64,000 bases of DNA from an uncultured Lachnospiraceae bacterium (lineage in GTDB: Bacteria > Bacillota > Clostridia > Lachnospirales > Lachnospiraceae). Position numbers and translations under genes: made by a program. This document shows, piece after piece, positions 57,816 to 64,000 of this stretch (positions are counted from its first letter, which is position 1; each line of letters begins with the position of its first letter). The notes below the pieces were generated by a model. It was not told the DNA's origin. It saw nothing but the letters and a program-made list of their open reading frames with translations, and made no database searches. Location of the stretch: NCBI GenBank assembly GCA_947168155.1, contig CAMVKW010000006.1, forward strand, positions 10,313 through 74,312, given 5' to 3'.

Positions 57816-59073
57816 AGTTTTTCATGTATTCAAGTAATGCGTCGCGCATATCAGAGTCTGTAACGTCTTTACGGATTATGGCATTTCCAATGCTATCTAA
57901 TAAGATAAATTTGATCGTATTACCAATAGCTTTTTTGTCGCTATGTGTATAGCTGATAACTAAGTCTATATCAATATCTTTAGGAAGCTTTGGAAGGTCA
58001 AAGTTATCTACTATTAAGCTTTCAATTTCGCCAACATCGGAGTTTGAGATAAGTCCTTTATTTCTTGAAATATATGCTGCCAGTATGCATCCGATTGAAA
58101 CGCATTCTCCATGAAGGAGCTGGAAGTTCATATATTTTTCGATAGCATGGCCAAGAGTATGTCCGTAGTTAAGAAGTGCTCTCTCTCCTGTTATCTCATG
58201 AGGATCATCTTCTACAACCTGCTTCTTAATCTTATTACAGCTATAAATCATATGACTCATTAAACGAGTAAATGAATACTTAGAAGGATCGTCAACTATT
58301 TTACGAGCAAACATATCCATGGATTTTGCCACATCATCATATCCATTATTTGCTGAATCGTCGCTAAATGTGCCGACTATAGAATTAATATCTGAATAAT
58401 CCTTATTTAAGTCAGCCTTCTTGTAAAAACTACTAAGTGTCTTTATATTATCTTTCAGCCAATCAAACAGCTCTTTATCCTTAATGAGAGCTGACTTAAC
58501 AACCTCTCCCATACCAGAGAAGAACTGTCTCTTATCGAGACTCTTCAGGGTCTCCAGGTTAATATAAACAAGCTTTGGCATATGGAATGCTCCGACCATG
58601 TTTTTATATTGATCGAAGTCCACACCAGTCTTTCCACCAATACTGGAATCTACATCAGCAAGAAGGCTGGTAGGAACCTGAATAAAATCTATTCCTCGAA
58701 GAAACGTTGCAGCTGCGTAGCCACACATATCTCCTGTTACACCGCCACCTAAAGCAAGGAGAACATCATTTCTATTGAACTTCTCCTCAATCAACTTAAC
58801 ATACAGCGCTTTAACTGTATCTAAATTCTTGCTTTCTTCGCCCTCAGGGAATACATAGTTTACGACCTTTGAAAAGCTATCTTTCGATATATCTAAAATA
58901 GCATCCATATAAACGGATGCCACTTTAGAATCTGATACAATGCAAAGCTTCTTTGCACCATCAGCATTATATTCATTATAAAATGATACTAATCCTTCAA
59001 AGTTACTGTGGTAAACTATGTCATAAATTTTCTTACCTTCGAAATATACAGGTAATGAATTACTTAATGACAT
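57808..59073 (-). CDS. aroB: 3-dehydroquinate synthase
   Basis: 421 aa with the motifs GGGVTGDMCGYAA and NYGHTLGHAIE. It carries an extra internal segment compared with the roughly 360-aa enzymes I recall. Confidence 0.88.
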   Translation of the reverse strand: MSLSNSLPVYFEGKKIYDIVYHSNFEGLVSFYNEYNADGAKKLCIVSDSKVASVYMDAILDISKDSFSKVVNYVFPEGEESKNLDTVKALYVKLIEEKFNRNDVLLALGGGVTGDMCGYAAATFLRGIDFIQVPTSLLADVDSSIGGKTGVDFDQYKNMVGAFHMPKLVYINLETLKSLDKRQFFSGMGEVVKSALIKDKELFDWLKDNIKTLSSFYKKADLNKDYSDINSIVGTFSDDSANNGYDDVAKSMDMFARKIVDDPSKYSFTRLMSHMIYSCNKIKKQVVEDDPHEITGERALLNYGHTLGHAIEKYMNFQLLHGECVSIGCILAAYISRNKGLISNSDVGEIESLIVDNFDLPKLPKDIDIDLVISYTHSDKKAIGNTIKFILLDSIGNAIIRKDVTDSDMRDALLEYMKNYA

Positions 59074-59081
59074 ATGTCCTC

Positions 59082-59789
59082 CTAATCATCCATAAACATT
59101 ATATCGCTAAATGGGTCAATGCCATCTCCACCAAGTGTAGAGCCATATACTGTGGATGAATTACTTTGTTTATTTGCCATACTCAGCTTAGAACCGCCTG
59201 AAGATCCACCAAGTGAACTTCCTTCTGGCTTACTGGATGAACCACTGCTCTCTGCTGAACTTGCGCCGGAAATATCAAAATAACTGGTATCTTCCTGCTT
59301 ATCTTCTTTATTGTATCCTGCAGCGGCAACTGTATTTGCAGCATTTGGATCAAAATCATTATCATCAAGAGTTCTTCTTAGCTTTCTGATAAGACTATTG
59401 AAATTTGCCTTATATTCAGCATACTTAGCTGTAAGCTCAAGAATCTCCTCTTCAAGCCTTTCTTTTTTAGCCTGAGCTTCTTTAATGATATCATTACCTC
59501 TGCTCATAGCCTCGAGCTCAATAGCCTTAGCATTCTTTTCTGCATTGGACTTTGATTCTTCAATATTCTTATCTGTAAGAAGAAGCTTTTTGTTAAGTTC
59601 GTTCTCAGTAGATTTGTAATGCTGGACCTTATCAGTTAAGGTTATAACCTTCTCTTTAAGTTCAGCGTTGGATTTATAGAGCTCCCCATAGCTCTTAGAA
59701 ACCTCATCAAAAAATGCCTGAACATCCTTCTTATCAAATCCAAGACCACCTTTGAACTTCTTCTGTTGAATATCAAGTGGTGTTAACAT
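59082..59789 (-). CDS. divIVA: Cell division protein DivIVA
   Basis: N-terminal MLTPLDIQQKKFKGGLGFDKKDVQAFFDEV, a coiled coil, and a Ser/Gly-rich tail. Confidence 0.93.
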   Translation of the reverse strand: MLTPLDIQQKKFKGGLGFDKKDVQAFFDEVSKSYGELYKSNAELKEKVITLTDKVQHYKSTENELNKKLLLTDKNIEESKSNAEKNAKAIELEAMSRGNDIIKEAQAKKERLEEEILELTAKYAEYKANFNSLIRKLRRTLDDNDFDPNAANTVAAAGYNKEDKQEDTSYFDISGASSAESSGSSSKPEGSSLGGSSGGSKLSMANKQSNSSTVYGSTLGGDGIDPFSDIMFMDD

Positions 59790-59825
59790 TCTATAGTTAC
59801 CCTCCCCAGAGTATTATATAGCTAA

Positions 59826-60395
59826 TTAATTACCTAAGAATGGAGAAAATGTAGAGTTGAGAATCTCTTCTCTAAGATCTCCAGAAACTTCTATGCTGTT
59901 TGGTACAGCTATAAAGATTGATGCTGATATAGCCTTTATCTCGCCTTCCATACCGTAGCAGGCACCACCAATGAAATCTATGATTCTCTGTGCCGGTTCA
60001 AGTTGCAAACCTTCCAGATTGATAACGATAGCCTGTCCTCTCTTAAGAAAGTCTGCTACAGTCTGTGCATCATCAAATGTCTGAGGTTTAATTACATATA
60101 CTTCCTGAGATCTAGATGGTCTAGGTCTTCTCTCAGGATTATCAAATGAAACAAGCTTGTCTGTTGCCGTAGCCGTATTTGAGAAGTTGCTAGGTCTTCT
60201 GGTTTCTTTAGGCTGAGGCGCAGAAAAAGCAGGCTTTCTCTCCGGTTTCTTTGGAGCAGCAGCCTTCTGTCTTACAGCTTCTTCATATTCATAATCATCG
60301 TCTTCATCGAAGATGTAATCATCATCTTCATCGTATTCTTCTTCATCATCACTTATCTTGAAGTAATCGAAGAATCCCTTTCTTCCTTTTGCCAT
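59826..60395 (-). CDS. sepF: Cell division protein SepF
   Basis: An acidic N-terminal region followed by the conserved C-terminal SepF domain (AIVINLEGL...RIIDFIGGACYG). Confidence 0.92.
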   Translation of the reverse strand: MAKGRKGFFDYFKISDDEEEYDEDDDYIFDEDDDYEYEEAVRQKAAAPKKPERKPAFSAPQPKETRRPSNFSNTATATDKLVSFDNPERRPRPSRSQEVYVIKPQTFDDAQTVADFLKRGQAIVINLEGLQLEPAQRIIDFIGGACYGMEGEIKAISASIFIAVPNSIEVSGDLREEILNSTFSPFLGN

Positions 60396-60415
60396 GTTAA
60401 GTTACACTCCGTTCG

Positions 60416-61114
60416 TTAACTATAATCTCTCTCTCCAAATATTGCGGTACCAACTCTGACCATTGTTGCACCTTCTTCAACAGCAACTAAATAGTCATTT
60501 GTCATTCCCATGGAGAGAATGGACATATCAACATTATCTATGTTTTCAGATTTTATGTCAAGTAATAATTGATGCATACCCTTGAATACTTCTCTGTTTT
60601 CTCCGGGGTTTTCAACGAATGGAGCTATAGTCATCAAACCTCTTATGTGAACATGTCTGAGACTACTTGCAATCTCCTTTATTAGAGGAAGTACTTCTTC
60701 CTTCTTAACACCGAATTTAGTATCCTCTTCAGCATAATTAACTTCAATGAGGACATCTCTATGTATTTCTCTTTTAGCAGCTTCTTTCTCAATAACCTGA
60801 GCCAGCTTATAAGAATCAACTGAATGAATTAAAACTGCCTTATTTATTATATATTTAACCTTATTAGTCTGAAGATGTCCGATCTGATGGAACCGTACTG
60901 GAGTTGAAACCATTTCAAACTTGTCTCTAAGCTCCTGTGGCTTATTCTCACCAAAATCCATTACATCTATCTTGATGAGTTCTTCTATATCACTGAGTGG
61001 CTTTGTTTTACTAACAGCAATAAGTGTAACATCTTCTGGTTTACGACCTATTTCCTTACACTTCTCATCAATTTTTCTTCTGACTTCTTTATAATTGTCT
61101 TGTATTTGTGACAT
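60416..61114 (-). CDS. yggS: YggS/YlmE family PLP-binding protein
   Basis: 232 aa with the PLP-lysine motif AVSKTKP and HQIGHLQTNK. Confidence 0.92.
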   Translation of the reverse strand: MSQIQDNYKEVRRKIDEKCKEIGRKPEDVTLIAVSKTKPLSDIEELIKIDVMDFGENKPQELRDKFEMVSTPVRFHQIGHLQTNKVKYIINKAVLIHSVDSYKLAQVIEKEAAKREIHRDVLIEVNYAEEDTKFGVKKEEVLPLIKEIASSLRHVHIRGLMTIAPFVENPGENREVFKGMHQLLLDIKSENIDNVDMSILSMGMTNDYLVAVEEGATMVRVGTAIFGERDYS

Positions 61115-61131
61115 GGATTAAATTACCTCCA

Positions 61132-62670
61132 TTAATAAAGATTCTGGTTATCACGAACCTGCTCTGCATCCAGAACAATGTTATCAAATTCCTTAAGATT
61201 CTCATCATCCTTCAGAATTGTAAATTCATCCTGAGACTTAACTATAGTAACCTCAGTGAAGTTAGCAACACCTGTATTCGCAAGATAAACACCCGTCAAC
61301 ATTGTGGTTTTAAGTGACACAACAGGGATAGTCTGACCTTTTTCTCTTGTGTAAATCTGGTCAGTATCATAAAATGCGTCCTCATCAACATAGTAGTATT
61401 CTTCATCTATCTTATAGACAATAAGCTCTACTGTCTTATCTCTAGGTTCGCCAGGTTTGGCATCTGTTAACGTAGACTTCGTTACAGCATCGGTCATGCT
61501 GGCATTTCCCAGAGTGGCATCCAGAAGCGTTGCATCATCCGGCGTAGCCTCATCCACCTTGGCATCCTTTGAAAGCTTTTTCTTATCATCTTCGTATCTG
61601 ATAACCTTAACAGTCTTTACGTTTGAACGCTCATCCTCTGGAACATAGCTCTTAGGTATCATATAAACTTCCTTATCAATAAGAGAAGAATTAGGTACCT
61701 TAAGACCTTCGAATTTATTAAGAATGATCTCGATACTCAGGAATCTTTCATCAATATAGTCAACCATGTATTTAGAAAGCGGAAGAACCAGGAAGTAACA
61801 ATCTTCTTTTTCAATAAGATTAAAGGTTGAACTAACCTCATTTGGAGAATTATTGATCGTAAATCTCAGCTTCTCTTCTTCCTGAATAACCTTTGCCTGC
61901 TCCTTTGTTATCTGACAGACAATGTTCCAGTTTTCATCTGAAACTATCTTAAATACAGTAGAACCTGTATCAAGAATATCTCCGGATTTAAGAGATGTCT
62001 TCTTGTAATTAGCCTGATTAAAATCCTCCTCAGAAAGAGTTTCAGGAGTTTTCTTCTCATAGCCATCGATATAATATGTAACAACGCCACTTTCTGTAGC
62101 CTTTATAGTCTGAAGTGTTGAGCTAACCTGAGCACCGCCTGCATTTATCTCCTGCATCATAACCTCGCTGGAAAGCTCCATGACCTTACTCTCAATCTCA
62201 GATTTGAAATTATAAAGATTTGAGAAGGTTACATCTGAATAAGATGATTTATAAGTATCTATTGTGGATCTGATATGAGCATAATCGGAATCAGTAAAAA
62301 GTGTATTACCATCATCACTATCACCTGCTTCTTTAATAGCTGTGATTACATTTCCAGTTTCATCTACTGTACAAACAGGTGAGTTCTTCTTTGTCTTATC
62401 ACCATCATGAACGAAATAAATCATATATCCAGATTTGCCACTTGTAATCTCAATCTCGTTTCTAAGAGCAATACCTGTACAGTTGATATTATTATTAATA
62501 TTACTGCTGCCAACCTTATACGTTGTAATAGGCTCCTTAGAAAGGGAAATGAAAATGCTTGCTATTACATAAATCAGGATAATACCAAAAATGATAATAG
62601 TAGAATTAAACCTAGCAGCTCTATTAAGTTTTATAACGTTGCTATTTCTTCTTTTCTTATTACCGCTCAT
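61132..62670 (-). CDS. HlyD-like / membrane-fusion-type protein with an N-terminal TM anchor
   Basis: 512 aa with a single TM helix near aa 25-45. The family call is tentative and based on architecture only. Confidence 0.45.
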   Translation of the reverse strand: MSGNKKRRNSNVIKLNRAARFNSTIIIFGIILIYVIASIFISLSKEPITTYKVGSSNINNNINCTGIALRNEIEITSGKSGYMIYFVHDGDKTKKNSPVCTVDETGNVITAIKEAGDSDDGNTLFTDSDYAHIRSTIDTYKSSYSDVTFSNLYNFKSEIESKVMELSSEVMMQEINAGGAQVSSTLQTIKATESGVVTYYIDGYEKKTPETLSEEDFNQANYKKTSLKSGDILDTGSTVFKIVSDENWNIVCQITKEQAKVIQEEEKLRFTINNSPNEVSSTFNLIEKEDCYFLVLPLSKYMVDYIDERFLSIEIILNKFEGLKVPNSSLIDKEVYMIPKSYVPEDERSNVKTVKVIRYEDDKKKLSKDAKVDEATPDDATLLDATLGNASMTDAVTKSTLTDAKPGEPRDKTVELIVYKIDEEYYYVDEDAFYDTDQIYTREKGQTIPVVSLKTTMLTGVYLANTGVANFTEVTIVKSQDEFTILKDDENLKEFDNIVLDAEQVRDNQNLY

Positions 62671-62679
62671 TGTAAATCC

Positions 62680-63669
62680 TTAATTAGTTAAATTAAAAAG
62701 TGTACCAATCTTATTATAAAGGTCGTCTTCAGATGTTCCATCCGCCACAAACAGCGAATACTTCTTTCCATCAACCTCAACATTCATTGTTAAAATGTGA
62801 CCCGCAAGTCTTGTTGTTCCAGTCTTCCATGAATCAATCTTGATATTAGATGGAAGCTGATAATTACCAGAAAGGAACTGATTTGTAGGTGAGATGTCAT
62901 CTTCCCATGAAACTCCATCTGCATCTGTAAATGAATATGTAAATGAATCATAAGAATCTATCTCTCTTATAATTTCATACTTCTCTGCTTCCTGAAGAAT
63001 CAGGTACATATCATAAGCTGTTACATAATGGTTATCATCATGAAGTCCATGAGGATTAGCAAAATGACTATTTGTGGCACCTATTTCATATGCTTTCTGA
63101 TTCATTAAGTCAACGAAAGAAGCCTGATCTCCCGCTACATATTCAGCCAGTATAACAGCAAAATCGTTATATGACCTCATAAGAAGTCCATATAACAGAT
63201 TACGAACAGTTATTGTATATCCAGCCTTTAGTGGACTTGTAAGAACGCCGTCCTCATTGAACTGAATATCATGTGAAAGTGTTATCTGGTCATCCAGACT
63301 TATCTTCCCTGAATAAAGGGCGTCACAAACAACAATGCCTGTCATAAGCTTTGTTGTAGATGCAGGATATATTCGTCTCAGGGAATTATATGAAACAATA
63401 GGTACGTTATTCTCATTATCTACAAGAAGTGTTGCATATGTATCAGCTACGAAGTCATCTGCATTTACATCCTGTCCATCTGGGATGATAGCAAGTCTGG
63501 ATTGATATCCGCCTGCCTTCATCGTTGGAAGTGATGAACTCAGTTGAACTTCATTGATCATTTCACTGTCATACTTATCACTGTAGGTAATGTTTCTGTT
63601 TATGAAAAACAAAACGCTTCCTATTGCTATGATCATAAGAAGTAAATAATAGATTACAGCCTTACCCAT
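62680..63669 (-). CDS. D-alanyl-D-alanine carboxypeptidase (S11 PBP)
   Basis: An N-terminal TM/signal segment plus SxxK (ASTTK), SxN (SYN) and KTG (KTGTT) motifs. Confidence 0.88.
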   Translation of the reverse strand: MGKAVIYYLLLMIIAIGSVLFFINRNITYSDKYDSEMINEVQLSSSLPTMKAGGYQSRLAIIPDGQDVNADDFVADTYATLLVDNENNVPIVSYNSLRRIYPASTTKLMTGIVVCDALYSGKISLDDQITLSHDIQFNEDGVLTSPLKAGYTITVRNLLYGLLMRSYNDFAVILAEYVAGDQASFVDLMNQKAYEIGATNSHFANPHGLHDDNHYVTAYDMYLILQEAEKYEIIREIDSYDSFTYSFTDADGVSWEDDISPTNQFLSGNYQLPSNIKIDSWKTGTTRLAGHILTMNVEVDGKKYSLFVADGTSEDDLYNKIGTLFNLTN

Positions 63670-63680
63670 TAAAAAGTCCT

Positions 63681-64000
63681 CTAGTTCTTATAAAGTGATC
63701 TCCAGTCCAAATCTCCTCTTTCAAGCGCCTTAATAAGAAGCTCTGCAGTAGCAAGATTAGATGCGATTGGAATATTATAGATATCGCATAGAGTGGAAAT
63801 GTTATGAAAGTCATTATTATGTGGCTGACTCATGCTATTCTCTCTAAGGAAAATAACAAGGTCCATCTGGTTAGATTCAATCTGTGTTGCAATCTGCTCA
63901 ACACCCCCAAGATGCCCCGCAAGAAACTTGTGTACGGTAACACCTGATGCCTCTTCTACAAGTCGTCCTGTTGTAGCAGTTGAATAAATATCATGATTCT
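63681..64000 (-). CDS. mgsA: Methylglyoxal synthase, C-terminal part (5' end outside window)
   Basis: The minus-strand frame is open to the window edge. The translation is ...IYSTATTGRLVEEASGVTVHKFLAGHLGGVEQIATQIESNQMDLVIFLRE...IPIASNLATAELLI. Confidence 0.88.
   Translation of the reverse strand, partial: NHDIYSTATTGRLVEEASGVTVHKFLAGHLGGVEQIATQIESNQMDLVIFLRENSMSQPHNNDFHNISTLCDIYNIPIASNLATAELLIKALERGDLDWRSLYKN

Noticed and set aside
61440-61570. Degenerate DA[TV]-rich low-complexity stretch (DDATLLDATLGNASMTDAVTKSTLTDAKPG) in the HlyD-like protein, with a GGCATC-like nucleotide periodicity on the + strand.
   Set aside because: It is a short, imperfect linker-type repeat inside a coding region, with no evidence of phase variation or a functional motif.
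1-64000. Scan for CRISPR arrays, rRNA/tRNA genes, transposases/IS ends and phage structural genes.
   Set aside because: I saw no regularly spaced direct repeats, no tRNA-like cloverleaf regions in the spacers, and no DDE/IS-type ORFs. The only recombinase is the tyrosine recombinase at 46404-47504.

Overview
The window reads as a low-GC Firmicutes chromosome, probably Clostridia and Lachnospiraceae-like; that guess is inferred only from gene content and codon style. About two thirds is ordinary, densely packed housekeeping. On the + strand, 1-39.6 kb carries rnc(partial)-smc-ftsY, ilvA, an ACT/UPF0210 pair, an RNase E/G-family gene, a MATE pump, rplU-prp-rpmA-obg, yhbY-nadD-yqeK-rsfS and a partial his operon (hisZ-hisG-hisD-hisB-hisIE). 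It continues with alaS, rpsU, phoH-ybeY, two flavoproteins, proB, a patatin, pepD, mscS, rluD-pgeF and an intracellular GH3 glycosidase. On the - strand, 64.0-55.5 kb is a co-directional array with very short gaps: mgsA(partial)-dacB-like-HlyD-like-yggS-sepF-divIVA-aroB-lspA plus two radical SAM genes. Between these blocks (about 39.7-55.4 kb) lies an accessory, compositionally mosaic segment. It holds a sugar-sensor-type GGDEF cyclase, then a divergent AT-rich two-gene module: a GNAT-like protein plus a 1273-aa orphan giant whose only recognisable feature is a PI3/PI4-kinase/HipA-like catalytic core. After that come a tyrosine recombinase, a five-gene envelope/lipoprotein module, a GC-richer GAF-GGDEF-GGDEF*-EAL gene with foreign codon usage, and a beta-hairpin-repeat protein. 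The GNAT plus giant kinase-like module is my best candidate for an undescribed system. Two highly structured, non-coding palindromic elements (obg/yhbY spacer; hisG/hisD spacer) also deserve a look. I recognised no rRNA, tRNA, CRISPR array, transposase or prophage genes. All homology calls come from motif recognition by eye, not from searches.
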